In this document: positions 10,734-20,912 of the stretch, one piece after another
Numbering within the stretch: position 1 is the stretch's first letter
How the letters are laid out: every line of letters begins with the position of its first letter
NCBI GenBank assembly: GCA_965219455.1
Contig: OZ244744.1
Location: 5,504,001-5,568,000 of the forward strand
DNA length: 64,000 nt
Source: Candidatus Latescibacterota bacterium
Lineage (GTDB): Bacteria; Latescibacterota; UBA2968; GCA-2709665
Direction: 5' to 3'
The notes under the pieces: model-generated
Told to the model about the DNA's origin: nothing
Databases searched by the model: none
The model's input: the letters and a program-made list of their open reading frames with translations, nothing else
Program-made: the position numbers and the translations under genes

Positions 10734-11678
10734 CTATGAATCGTGTTCGCAACTTGCATAGTGTTTCTGCAACGGATCAAGGCCGAAATCGTTCTCCAGG
10801 TCGCGCAGTACGGAGTGGATGTGGTTCGCGTCATTCTGGGTATTGTCGTATTCCACCAGATGGGTGGGGCCGTGGATCCGGTAGTAATGCTTCTCCCCCG
10901 GCCGGATCCCGCCAGCCCACGCGAAGTGGAGCCTGTCCACCCCGGCCTTTCGAATACGCTCCAGGTGCGCTTCGGCAAGGTCCGCCCGGAGGTTCGTTGC
11001 GTATAGCTCCAAAATCCGCAGCAACGCCTCCTTCTGCGACGGCGGCATTTCAGATACGGGCAGTCCCGTGGGGTCGCCGATCCGGGCGACCTTGCTGTTT
11101 CGGGTGAGGATATCGCTCGGCGCCTCCGCCTCGATCCGGACCACGGCCTGCAGATCCTCGGGCAACGCTTTCAGAAGCCCGCGCGCCATGTCCTCTTCAT
11201 TGCGCAGGACGCGCCAACCCTTGCGGTCGCCTGAAGGTACCCGCGCCGGGTTCGCACCCCAGAAGGCCGGTGTTGACGCCACCGTCTTTTCGCCGCCTGC
11301 AGAAAACGTTATCGACAGATGGTGGCCGTCGATCCGCCAGCCCCAGGTCCCCGAAGAAAGATCGCCGAAAAGTGTCAGGAAATACCCGTCGGAGTCCCTG
11401 CGGAAACGCGACGTCGTCTGAGCCTCGATCTGGCCGAGAATGCCCTCCAGGACCATGATATCCACCGCTTTCTGATATCCGGTATCGCTGAGCGCACTTT
11501 TCAATAGGACATGCGCCGCGTCCCGTTGCGCCTGCGACATTTCCCTGAAAGGCACGCCGTTTCGTTTAACGGGTACGTAGTTCCAGTTGAAACGTTCCTC
11601 GTGTTCGAACGCGTACAGAACCCGGTTCTGCTGGTCCGTACTCAGTTCGTTCATGAAATCCCGGGCTTCACGAAGCAT
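10734..11678 (-). CDS. DUF3500-like protein
   Basis: WGWRIDGHHLS, FAWAG, YYRIHGP, NHIHSVLRD pattern. Confidence 0.7.
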   Translation of the reverse strand: MLREARDFMNELSTDQQNRVLYAFEHEERFNWNYVPVKRNGVPFREMSQAQRDAAHVLLKSALSDTGYQKAVDIMVLEGILGQIEAQTTSRFRRDSDGYFLTLFGDLSSGTWGWRIDGHHLSITFSAGGEKTVASTPAFWGANPARVPSGDRKGWRVLRNEEDMARGLLKALPEDLQAVVRIEAEAPSDILTRNSKVARIGDPTGLPVSEMPPSQKEALLRILELYATNLRADLAEAHLERIRKAGVDRLHFAWAGGIRPGEKHYYRIHGPTHLVEYDNTQNDANHIHSVLRDLENDFGLDPLQKHYASCEHDS

Positions 11679-11736
11679 GGGTTTCCTCCCCGTCAGGGTA
11701 CAGGTGGGTATGTATGCCTTCTGCGATTGAAAAACT

Positions 11737-13803
11737 CTAGTCGGACGAATCGCGCACCGCCGCGCGGAATTCCGCGACCGTCCGCTGGTTGTTCGTCGGT
11801 TCGCCCGCTTTCAGCGCAACCAGGATCGGGGCCGGATGCGACTCCGAAGCAGCCGACGAATCCACGGCCGCACCCGTCGTCGCATCCACCGACACCTCGT
11901 AGACATCGTCGGGCTTCCAGAAATCCCGCGATGCGCGGCCTGCTGTCACGCGGGACATAAACGCCGTCCAGATCGGCACGGCGTCGCGGCCGCCGGTTAT
12001 CCCTCGTTGTTTGCCGGTCTTCCGGTCGAATCCTACCCAGACACTCGTGGCGAGATCCGGAGTGAAGCCGGTAAACCAGGCATCCGTATGGTCGTTTGTC
12101 GTGCCCGTCTTCCCCGCCGCGGGCCGGACGAATCCCCGGGATCGAACGCCTCGGCCGGTACCTCGCAGGATAACGTTCCGAAGCAATCGAATCATGACGT
12201 AGGCATCCGCAGCACTGATGACGGGAACGGGTTGCACCCGGTGCGCGTACAAAACCCGCCCCCCTGAATCTTCAATCTGCCGCACAAAAGTCGGCTCCAC
12301 GCGCACGCCGTAGTTGGCGATGGTGGCATAGACCGAGGCCATCTCCAACGGTGTAACCTCGCTTGCGCCCAGCGCGATGCTCGGATATGCGTCCAGCGGA
12401 CTCCGGACACCCAGACGTCGGCCCATTTCCACAACCCGTTCCGGGCCGACCCTATCCATAACCTGCACACTTGCCGCATTTGCGGAATTCACCAGAGCCC
12501 ACGCCGCCGTCGTCAGACCGAGATATCGGTCTCGGAAATTTCCGGGCGACCATGGCTTTCCGTTTACGGTATAGGTCCGGGGCTCATCCACAAACAATGA
12601 CACGGGCGATATCGCGCCCGCCGCCAGGGCCGCCAGATATACAACCGGCTTGAAACCCGAACCCGGCTGGCGCCGTGCGGTTGTTGCCCGATTGAAGTAG
12701 CTGATGAAAATATCGCGGCCGCCCACCAATGCGCGCACGTATCCCGTGGCCGGTTCCACGCTGACCAGAGCCGCCTGGATGTATTCCCGCCGACCCTCTC
12801 TGCCGGCGCTCTCGTACACGCCAAATCCAAGCCGTACATCCACATCTGCAAGTCCTACCGCCACAGCCTTTACTGCAGATTTCTGCATGTGGAAGTCCAA
12901 CGTCGTATAGATATTCAACGCTCCAAAACTGAGCGCCGACCGTCCCCAGCGCCGCACGACCTCATCCTTGATGATCTCGACAAAGTACGGCGTCCGATTC
13001 CGGTTACGGAGTTGCGGCGCCAGATCCGGCGGTGCGGCGAGGGCCTGTTTCAGCGCGTCCTTTTCCAGGAAACCCGCCGCGTACATGCGCCGCAGCACGT
13101 GTGCGGTACGCGCTTCGGCTTGCCGCCCGCCGTCACGGAACGGATTCAACGCGCCGGGCGAATTGGGCAGCCCGGCCAACATGGCCGCTTCCGTCAGACT
13201 CAGGTCCGAGGCGGCCTTTCCGAAAAACGTCTGCGACGCATCCTCCACGCCGTAGGCATTGGTACCGAAGAAACTCCCGTTGATATAAATCTCAAGCAAT
13301 CTGTCCTTGGCCGCTTTCCCGTACAACCTTGCGAACATCGCCTCCAGCTGCACGGCCAGCAGCACCTCCCTCGCCTTCCGCAGATAGGTCTTCTCGCGGG
13401 TCAAGAACAGATTCTTGACGATCTGCTGGGTAATCGTGCTTCCACCTCTGACTTTTCGGAAGTGCGTCAGGTTTGCCAGGAACGCACCTGCGATGCCCTT
13501 CAGGCTTACGCCCCCGTGGTGGTAGAACGACTCATCTTCGGTTGCAATGACCGCCTTGATAAACCAGGGACTCACCTGGTCCAGCCGCACCTGCCTGACC
13601 CGGCGGTTGAACGTAAAGAGTAACTCCCCGGTATCCGCGAAGATATTCACGCCCGCCTGGCTGCGCAACGCGTCGGGATCGGGCGGAATTCGGGGAAGGG
13701 ACGTCGCGAGCCAGACGAAGCCGATGCCCGTGAGGAGGAACACGTCGGCGCCCAGAAGTATTCCTGTCCGGATCCAGTAATTCCGAATCGAGGTTCGGCG
13801 CAT
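11737..13803 (-). CDS. Class A penicillin-binding protein (PBP1A family)
   Basis: N-terminal TM; transglycosylase EDxxFYxHxG and GGSTITQQ; transpeptidase SGFK, SAN, KTG. Confidence 0.92.
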   Translation of the reverse strand: MRRTSIRNYWIRTGILLGADVFLLTGIGFVWLATSLPRIPPDPDALRSQAGVNIFADTGELLFTFNRRVRQVRLDQVSPWFIKAVIATEDESFYHHGGVSLKGIAGAFLANLTHFRKVRGGSTITQQIVKNLFLTREKTYLRKAREVLLAVQLEAMFARLYGKAAKDRLLEIYINGSFFGTNAYGVEDASQTFFGKAASDLSLTEAAMLAGLPNSPGALNPFRDGGRQAEARTAHVLRRMYAAGFLEKDALKQALAAPPDLAPQLRNRNRTPYFVEIIKDEVVRRWGRSALSFGALNIYTTLDFHMQKSAVKAVAVGLADVDVRLGFGVYESAGREGRREYIQAALVSVEPATGYVRALVGGRDIFISYFNRATTARRQPGSGFKPVVYLAALAAGAISPVSLFVDEPRTYTVNGKPWSPGNFRDRYLGLTTAAWALVNSANAASVQVMDRVGPERVVEMGRRLGVRSPLDAYPSIALGASEVTPLEMASVYATIANYGVRVEPTFVRQIEDSGGRVLYAHRVQPVPVISAADAYVMIRLLRNVILRGTGRGVRSRGFVRPAAGKTGTTNDHTDAWFTGFTPDLATSVWVGFDRKTGKQRGITGGRDAVPIWTAFMSRVTAGRASRDFWKPDDVYEVSVDATTGAAVDSSAASESHPAPILVALKAGEPTNNQRTVAEFRAAVRDSSD

Positions 13804-14645
13804 CAGGGATGCCCTCCCTTGTCACCGAACAGGCCCTCGATTGCCCCGGGTTCCACTTCGAATTTGACCGAGGCGCGTTCCGGATCGACATAAACCAACT
13901 CACCGTGGTAAATGCCAAGTCCGCTCTGAATCAGAATCTGGCTCACAAGTCCGGATCGGTATTCTTCCAGCAAACGTTGCCGCTCATCGGACCGGAATTG
14001 TTCAATGAAACCCCTTGTCAGCCGTTCACGCACGTCCGCTCGGATCGAATCCGCAATGGCCATGGCGTCTGCTTCGGCGCGCCATTCGGACTCACCCGCT
14101 TGGCGATACAACGCGTCGACCCGCCTCCGTATCCGGGCCCGGTAACGGACGCCGGGGAGACTTGCCATCCTCAGAAGGGAAAGCCCCTTTTTGAAAGTAC
14201 TGACACTTCCAATCAGTTCCCGCGTTTCCCGGCTCGCGTTCTCCGAGAGTTCCGTACGCCAGACTGCGATAAAGGAGGGCATACCGGTCTCCGGCACGCG
14301 ATCCAGGTCGAAGCGGGCGTCCGCCACGGCCCTGGGCAGGCCTCCCGCCACGGGCGCTTCCACCGTCCGCAACGAATCCCTCATCTCTGCCCGGGCGTCC
14401 AGATGCTTCCATATGGCGCCCGTCCTGGCGCGCCTCTCGTTGTTTCTATCAAGCGCTTCCCCCACCCATCCGGCAATCCAGTTGTTCCGATATTCCAGAT
14501 ACGCCGAGAGCACGCCTGACATGGACAGCAACAGCACCACGGCGACGGGATACGCCAGGTTCCTGAATCTCAGCGGCGACCATCGTTCTTCAATCACCCT
14601 CCGGACGCGACTGGCGCCCCGGTTGATACGATGCGGGAGACTCAT
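13803..14645 (-). CDS. Hypothetical membrane-anchored protein
   Basis: 280-aa ORF with one N-terminal TM, coupled to the PBP gene by a TGATG overlap. Confidence 0.6.
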   Translation of the reverse strand: MSLPHRINRGASRVRRVIEERWSPLRFRNLAYPVAVVLLLSMSGVLSAYLEYRNNWIAGWVGEALDRNNERRARTGAIWKHLDARAEMRDSLRTVEAPVAGGLPRAVADARFDLDRVPETGMPSFIAVWRTELSENASRETRELIGSVSTFKKGLSLLRMASLPGVRYRARIRRRVDALYRQAGESEWRAEADAMAIADSIRADVRERLTRGFIEQFRSDERQRLLEEYRSGLVSQILIQSGLGIYHGELVYVDPERASVKFEVEPGAIEGLFGDKGGHP

Positions 14646-14727
14646 GGCCTTTGCATGTCGTCAAAAAAATCCCGGAACAACGCACCTGCTGCTGTTACGG
14701 GATCGGTGGGCGGAAAATTGGAGGAAA

Positions 14728-15750
14728 TCAGGCGGCAACGCCCTCCATCTCCGGAACATATCTGCCGTAGCGTGCGGCGCTGTTGCAGCTTGCCCTGTGA
14801 TAAAAAACCTTCTGCGCCGCCGCCACGTTGGCGGCCTGTCCTTTCCAGACGGCCCGGGCCGGATCCTGCAACGCCCTTCCGTACGAATAGCTGAGTTCCC
14901 ACGGGAAGCCGCCAATGCGGTTCATTGCGTTCAGGTGCAGTGTGGAAAGCTCCGGGCTCTGTCCTCCCGAAAGAAACACCACACCCGGAACCGACGCAGG
15001 AACCGTTCGCCGCAAGCACCGCACGGTCGCTTCAGCCACCTCCTGAACGCCCGCCTGTACCGGGCAACGGGCGCCGGACAGGACCATACTGGCTTTCAGC
15101 AGCGTGCCTTCCAGGATCACTCCGTGCTCTCCCAATTCCGAATACACGCTGCGCAACACCCCCTCCGTCACCGCTTCACAGCGCTCGATGGTATGATCAC
15201 CGTCCATCAGTACTTCCGGTTCCACAATGGGCACCAGCCCCACCTCCTGGCACCCGGCGGCGTAACGGGCAAGGGCGTGCGCGTTGGCATGGATGCACGC
15301 CCGTGTCGGAATCCCGTCGCCGATTGCAATGGCGGCCCGCCACTTGGCAAACCTGGCGCCTCTCCTGTAATACGCTTCCAACCGGCCCCGGAGCCCGTCC
15401 AGACCCTCGGTTACCTGTTCACCGGGAAAGCCGGCCAGTTGCACGAGCCCCGTATCCGCCTTGATGCCGGGAATCATCCCCCGGTCGGCCAACAGCCTGG
15501 GAAACGGCACGCCGCCATTCGCGGCCGTGTTCAGCGTCTCCTCGTACAGAATAACGCCGCTGACAAAGGCCGCCAGATCCGGGGTCGTGAACAACATTTC
15601 GCGATACGCACGTCGCGCTTCTGCCGTGGGTTCCGCGGCGATGTCCGCAAAACGCTTCGTGATCGTTCCCATACTCTCGTCCGCCGCCAGGATTCCTCTT
15701 CCCGCCGGTACAAGCGCGCAAGCCGTGGTCTCAAGTTCCACTCTTGACAT
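14728..15750 (-). CDS. Fructose-bisphosphate aldolase class I (eukaryote-type family)
   Basis: GILAADES, FAKWRA, VPIVEPEV, LLKASMV, FLSGGQS, YSYGRALQ. Confidence 0.92.
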   Translation of the reverse strand: MSRVELETTACALVPAGRGILAADESMGTITKRFADIAAEPTAEARRAYREMLFTTPDLAAFVSGVILYEETLNTAANGGVPFPRLLADRGMIPGIKADTGLVQLAGFPGEQVTEGLDGLRGRLEAYYRRGARFAKWRAAIAIGDGIPTRACIHANAHALARYAAGCQEVGLVPIVEPEVLMDGDHTIERCEAVTEGVLRSVYSELGEHGVILEGTLLKASMVLSGARCPVQAGVQEVAEATVRCLRRTVPASVPGVVFLSGGQSPELSTLHLNAMNRIGGFPWELSYSYGRALQDPARAVWKGQAANVAAAQKVFYHRASCNSAARYGRYVPEMEGVAA

Positions 15751-15842
15751 CTATTGCAACCTCATTTCTGGTGTCTGACGAAATACCGGTTTCAAATTAT
15801 AGAATATACGTTATAATCGGCTATTGTCCAACAGATTCCGGC

Positions 15843-17204
15843 CTATCTTCGAGGGTCACCTTCAGAATCCGCTGCCCGGATCCAGACCCGCACTTCCGCT
15901 GGTGAAGGCTTTCGTGCATCGGATTTCAACTCACTGATTCGCCCATAAAGCGCTTCTGCGTCCGCGCCAGCCAGGCCGGCAACACGATCGATGCCGGCCT
16001 TCTGAAGCAGCGTCGCCGCCCCGCAGCCCATTCCTTTATGGATAGCGAGTTCGGCGTGGCTGAAGGCGCGTTCCAGCCGCATGGCATCGACACCGGCGGC
16101 CTCGGCGAGAGTTGGGACTTCCAGAGTTCTGGCGGACTGGTAGAGTCGCTCCGGCGTGCAAATACCCGCGGCGCGGAGCCGTTGTCGATCCTGCGCTTCC
16201 AACCCGGCCAGTTCGGTCATCAGAGGTCGCCTGGACTTCAGCGTCTTCTTCTGCACCATCCGAAAAGTCCAGACGCTGAATAAAATCGCCAGGGCGACCG
16301 CAATCCAGTAGCGATATCTGCGAGCGGGCCGGGACGCGCTCCCGCCCTCCCATGTCCGCCCCTCCCTCAGGGTGTGACACAACAGCCCGTAGCAGGCAAA
16401 CCCGCTGACGGCCAGAACGGGAAACCCGAGGAATCCGGGCAGGGGCATTTCAAACAGCTTCCACGCTTCCAATCCGGGTACGGTGTAAATCCACTTGCAC
16501 CTCGCCCAGTAGTTGAATCCCTCCCAGATCACACCTGCCCATGCTCCCCCGCACAAAAGGCGCAGCAGCCGCGCCGGGCGCCCACGCTCCAGATCGCGCA
16601 ACAGCGAAGGTGCGCCCAGCCGGTAATTGACCGCCTCCGGAATCCCAAGAGTGGCTCCCCAGACCATCCAGAAGGCATACGGCGGCCAGATCAGCGGCAG
16701 AATCGCGCATGACGCACCCACACACCACAAGATCGCCTCTATCTTCCCGGTCGAGCGGAGACCACGCCATCGGATTGTGTTGAACCAGCCCTGGGCTTTC
16801 AGCCAGGCGGCGTGTGCGAAACAGGCGGGCAGCACGGTTGCAAAAGCCGCGGCCGAGAATACGAACCCCCAGGTATCGGACCGCAGCCCAAAGACGTAGT
16901 ACCAGTTTTCGATGACCAGGTTGTATGCCTCGTACACATACCAGAACGGTACCGACCAGAAAAGCAATGCGACCGTCTCTCTGCGACGGTCGCGCAAAAA
17001 CGAGTGGCCCTGAGTATGAAGCATTACCCCATCCAGAACCAGCAGATATCCATACCAGGCCGGCACGTACCAGATTGTATTCCAGATGGGGACATCGGCT
17101 GCCAACCACCACACGCCGGCCCCGAATACGCCGATGCCAACGTACACCCACCAGGGCAACGCCCGCCAGGATGAGGTATTCGATTCAGATCGGGTCAAAG
17201 CCAC
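15843..17204 (-). CDS. Polytopic membrane protein with C-terminal DUF4332/HhH-like domain
   Basis: About 9 hydrophobic segments, WEGFNYWARCKWIY..FEMP.PGFLGFP, HhH-like repeats at the C-terminus. Confidence 0.6.
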   Translation of the reverse strand: MALTRSESNTSSWRALPWWVYVGIGVFGAGVWWLAADVPIWNTIWYVPAWYGYLLVLDGVMLHTQGHSFLRDRRRETVALLFWSVPFWYVYEAYNLVIENWYYVFGLRSDTWGFVFSAAAFATVLPACFAHAAWLKAQGWFNTIRWRGLRSTGKIEAILWCVGASCAILPLIWPPYAFWMVWGATLGIPEAVNYRLGAPSLLRDLERGRPARLLRLLCGGAWAGVIWEGFNYWARCKWIYTVPGLEAWKLFEMPLPGFLGFPVLAVSGFACYGLLCHTLREGRTWEGGSASRPARRYRYWIAVALAILFSVWTFRMVQKKTLKSRRPLMTELAGLEAQDRQRLRAAGICTPERLYQSARTLEVPTLAEAAGVDAMRLERAFSHAELAIHKGMGCGAATLLQKAGIDRVAGLAGADAEALYGRISELKSDARKPSPAEVRVWIRAADSEGDPRR

Positions 17205-17215
17205 GAGAGGAAGCT

Positions 17216-18175
17216 TCAGGAGGCGTCCGCGAGGTCATCTGCGGCCACACTGGCTGGATCGGGTGTTTCAAGGGTCCAGACATCGTTGTAGACGACGCTA
17301 CCCGCGATGGATCCGCTGTACCCCCCGAGTAGCCAGATCCTCTGTCGAAAGTCGAGGCAGGGGAAGGCGTGACGCACCCCCCACGGCGCGGCGCGGTGAC
17401 AGCACTGCCACGTCCGGCCGTTGCCGGAACACCATAGGTCATTCATATTGATGGACGGTTCGATGGCCCCGCCGGCAATCCATATCCTGCCGGCGTGGAC
17501 AAAGGAACAGTGGAACCGTCGGGGGCCCCATCCGCCGTCCGACGCCACCAGTTCCCAGGTTATGCCGTCCGGTGAGCACCAGACATCGTTGTAATTGACG
17601 CCACGATCGTGGTAGTTTCCCCCTCCCAGAATCCACATCCTGTTTCTGTGTTCGACGGCGGGAAACATGGCGCGAGGCGCCCAAGGGGAGCGCTGCGCAG
17701 CCAGGTCCCACCGATGCCCGTCTTCCGAGCACCAGACGTCGCCGTAGTGCGCCTTTAGCTCCCAGTTGAGACCGCCGAGAACCCAGATCCGGTTATCGTA
17801 AACCAGGCTGCCGAAGGCGCCGCGACAACCCCAAGGGGCGCGATGCGTCACGCGGTCCCAATTTCGACCGTCGCTTGAACACCAGATGTCGCCGAGCGTA
17901 TGGACGCCGTCGAATCCGCCCATCAACCATATCCGGTCACGCAGGACCACACATCCCGCAAGATTTCGGGCGGGCCACGGCGCTTTCGGCAGCATGCATT
18001 CCCACGTCAGGCCGTCGTTAGAACACCAAACGTCGTTGAGGCGCGGGAAATTTTCCGGGCCCAGCATCTGCCAACCACCGAGCAACCAGACCTGATCCCT
18101 GAAAACCGCGGCGCCCGGCGAATCTCTGGGCGGCCAGGGCGCGCATTCGGTGATTCGGTTCCAATTCGCGGCCAT
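17216..18175 (-). CDS. Kelch-repeat beta-propeller protein
   Basis: Six repeats of APW.PR...IW..GG...NDVWCS.DG..W; start set at ATG 18175. Confidence 0.8.
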   Translation of the reverse strand: MAANWNRITECAPWPPRDSPGAAVFRDQVWLLGGWQMLGPENFPRLNDVWCSNDGLTWECMLPKAPWPARNLAGCVVLRDRIWLMGGFDGVHTLGDIWCSSDGRNWDRVTHRAPWGCRGAFGSLVYDNRIWVLGGLNWELKAHYGDVWCSEDGHRWDLAAQRSPWAPRAMFPAVEHRNRMWILGGGNYHDRGVNYNDVWCSPDGITWELVASDGGWGPRRFHCSFVHAGRIWIAGGAIEPSINMNDLWCSGNGRTWQCCHRAAPWGVRHAFPCLDFRQRIWLLGGYSGSIAGSVVYNDVWTLETPDPASVAADDLADAS

Positions 18176-18316
18176 CTTGCACATGTACGGCGGGCAAACC
18201 CTCAGGTCTGCCCGTCTTCCCTTTTTTGTTTTCCAACTTTGCGCTTTTCCGATATATTTGACAACTGTTGCCACTAAAGTCTTAAACCGGAAAACCCCAG
18301 GCGGTGTCGCGATCCT

Positions 18317-19135
18317 ATGTACCGTACGCTCGTTTACCTCGTCTTCAGCCAACTCGCCGTTGGCGGGTTGTTGTCAATGCTGGTCGTCCCACTCGAAGCC
18401 GGCAAACGCTTTTTCCGATTCTGTACACTCGCGTGCCTGGTGTTTCTCCTGGTGGCGCTGCGGGTAGGCCCGTTCCCTATTCTAACGCCATTGGCGGATG
18501 GCGCGACCGACTCCACGCTGCCGCGACGGCTATTGTTGGCCAGCGCCCTGCTCGCTTTAATCTACCTTCTTGCGGTCGTCGCCGAACGCATAAAGCCCCA
18601 AAAACCGCTGCTTGCCGCCGCGGGTCTGACCGGTGCGGCCGGCCTTCTGTCGGACGGGTATCTTGCCTGTACGGCCTGTTCCCCTTTTGCAGCCGGCGTG
18701 TTTGCCGCCGCCAGTTACCTGACTTCCGCCCTGTTCCTGGGCAGCGTAATTTTCGCGATGATCCTGGGCCATTGGTACCTCGTGGTACCTGCGCTACACA
18801 TCCGGCCCCTGCGCGCCCTCACGCAATTGATGCTTGGCGCCACGCTGGCTAAAGCGATGCTGACCGCGCTCACGCTATACGTCTTCTGGGCGGACGGCGA
18901 CATTCAGACAAGGGAAACGCTTCGATCATTTTTGGGACTGGGCGGTCTTTTTCTCTGGGTACGCGTGCTCTTTGGCCTGATCGGTCCGCTCATCGTGTGT
19001 TTTATGGTCTGGCAAACCGTCAAGATTCACTCGACCCAGTCGGCGACCGGGCTGCTTTACGTGGCCACGATTTTTGTTTTGATCGGGGAATGCGTTTCCT
19101 GCTATATTTTTTATACGACAACCATACCGGTCTAA
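18317..19135 (+). CDS. Hypothetical polytopic membrane protein
   Basis: About 8 TM helices; MILGHWYL and TQSATGLLY motifs. Confidence 0.65.
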   Translation: MYRTLVYLVFSQLAVGGLLSMLVVPLEAGKRFFRFCTLACLVFLLVALRVGPFPILTPLADGATDSTLPRRLLLASALLALIYLLAVVAERIKPQKPLLAAAGLTGAAGLLSDGYLACTACSPFAAGVFAAASYLTSALFLGSVIFAMILGHWYLVVPALHIRPLRALTQLMLGATLAKAMLTALTLYVFWADGDIQTRETLRSFLGLGGLFLWVRVLFGLIGPLIVCFMVWQTVKIHSTQSATGLLYVATIFVLIGECVSCYIFYTTTIPV

Positions 19136-19142
19136 CAGCCCA

Positions 19143-19601
19143 TTGAAAAAGTCCATGGAAATCAGTTTTCGCTGTCCCGAATGTCAGTCCGTGAACCAGT
19201 TCCAGGCTTCCCGGACCGAAACATCCTGTACGGCCTGCGGCCTGAATTTTCCAATGGCCTTCTCGGACAAAATCGTACGTAGTAACCAGGTCGACGTCTG
19301 CCCCTGCTGTGGAAAGTCCGACTTTTACGTCCAGAGAGACTTCAATGGAAGAATCGGCCTGGCAATCGCCGTCCTGTTTGCCGTCGTCGGCCTGGTTTTC
19401 GTGGCGCTGGACCGCCCGATTTACTTCTATGCCAGCCTGGGGGCAGCCGCAATTATTGATCTCGCACTGTACCTGAGTCTGCCGGAAATCACGATTTGTT
19501 ACAGTTGCAAGACTGCCTTTCGGGGCGCCCGAAAGAACCCGCAGCATCAGCCATTCGACCTGCATACGGCAGACATGTACGACAATCGCGCCAAGGGCTG
19601 A
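19143..19601 (+). CDS. Zinc-ribbon membrane protein
   Basis: Four CxxC pairs flanking two TM helices. Confidence 0.65.
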   Translation: MKKSMEISFRCPECQSVNQFQASRTETSCTACGLNFPMAFSDKIVRSNQVDVCPCCGKSDFYVQRDFNGRIGLAIAVLFAVVGLVFVALDRPIYFYASLGAAAIIDLALYLSLPEITICYSCKTAFRGARKNPQHQPFDLHTADMYDNRAKG

Positions 19602-19652
19602 CCCGCTGTCCGGAGCTGGGTTCGCCGGCGGGCATCCACGATTGTTCCGTCC

Positions 19653-20228
19653 TCAACCGACCCTTCGCCGTTGCAGCAATTCGAGAAACTCCTCGCGAGT
19701 TGTGCGGTCCTTGAAAACCCCCCGGACGGCGGAGGTGGTCGCCCAGGCACCCGGTTTTTCCACGCCTCGCATTTCCATACACAGGTGCCGGGCCTCAACC
19801 ACCACAATGGACCCTTTGGGTGCCAGTTCGCGTTCCAGATATTCTACGATCTGGTGGGTCATCCGCTCCTGAATCTGCGGCCGCCGGGCGTAATACTCCA
19901 CCATCCGCACCAATTTGCTCAACCCCACGATCTGGGCCGTTGGGATATAGCCCACGTGAACCCTGCCCAAGAAGGGCAATAAATGGTGTGCGCACATCGA
20001 GTAGAACGTGATATCGGTCATTGCCACCATATTGTCGAACCCGTCGTCATTGGGAAACATCGTGATGTCGGGTTCGTTGTCTTCGTCGAGCCCCTGAAAA
20101 ATCTCCAGGTACATCCGGGCGAAGCGTCGCGGCGTGTCCCTCAGGTTGGGATCCTTCATGTCCAGGTTGAGCACCTTCATGATTTCCGCGATATGATACC
20201 CGATCCGCTCGACTTTGTCTTCCGCCAT
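19653..20228 (-). CDS. folE: GTP cyclohydrolase I
   Basis: TPRR, SMCAHHLLPF, GLSKL, RPQIQER, HLCMEMRG; ATG 20228 preceded by AGGAG. Confidence 0.95.
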   Translation of the reverse strand: MAEDKVERIGYHIAEIMKVLNLDMKDPNLRDTPRRFARMYLEIFQGLDEDNEPDITMFPNDDGFDNMVAMTDITFYSMCAHHLLPFLGRVHVGYIPTAQIVGLSKLVRMVEYYARRPQIQERMTHQIVEYLERELAPKGSIVVVEARHLCMEMRGVEKPGAWATTSAVRGVFKDRTTREEFLELLQRRRVG

Positions 20229-20259
20229 GGCTGCTCCTCTATCTCGCGTATACACGGAC

Positions 20260-20832
20260 TCAGTCTGCAGCGCCAAAAGCCAGTCCCAGGCTGATCCGGA
20301 ACGAGGAGTCCGCTTCCTCGTCGGCGATCATCATCTTGAGTTCTCCGAACCATAGTACACCCGGGCCAACCCGTCTTCGGAATCCAAGTGGGATATTCAG
20401 GGTAACCTTCGTGTCCTCCGGGACAGCCAGGTTGATCGAGCCTCCCTGCCCACCGGGCTCGATAATGTCGAACCGCGTCAGGTGCACGCCGATTCCGCCG
20501 CCCACGTAGCCGACGGTGTTTCCCTGGCCGAAATTGAACTGCGCTTCTCCGTTCAGGGAATATATCTTCATATTGTCCTGAATAACCAGATCCACACCCG
20601 GAACGAGATGGAGACGCGGTATAAACATGGATCCGAAATCGACGTGCCCGCCAAGCGTCAGACGGACTGAGTCGAACTCGTACGCGGCGTAATAATTGTC
20701 CGACTCGCCACGGGTAAGGTCAATGCCGACCTTTACGCCAAGGCCGCGCAAGCCGAGCGCGTCGGCCCGGCAGTGACCCAGCACCAGGCAGGCCACAATC
20801 ACACCAAATGTCCAGCGTGTACATTTGCACAT
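20260..20832 (-). CDS. Exported outer-membrane beta-barrel-like protein
   Basis: Signal peptide followed by alternating amphipathic beta strands. Confidence 0.55.
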   Translation of the reverse strand: MCKCTRWTFGVIVACLVLGHCRADALGLRGLGVKVGIDLTRGESDNYYAAYEFDSVRLTLGGHVDFGSMFIPRLHLVPGVDLVIQDNMKIYSLNGEAQFNFGQGNTVGYVGGGIGVHLTRFDIIEPGGQGGSINLAVPEDTKVTLNIPLGFRRRVGPGVLWFGELKMMIADEEADSSFRISLGLAFGAAD

Positions 20833-20912
20833 AGGGTTACCCCCCAGTTTATGAGAGTGACCGGTCGTTGGCACCGTCCCGGCGATGCTTCACGCCGCCC
20901 GCCATCGTGCCA

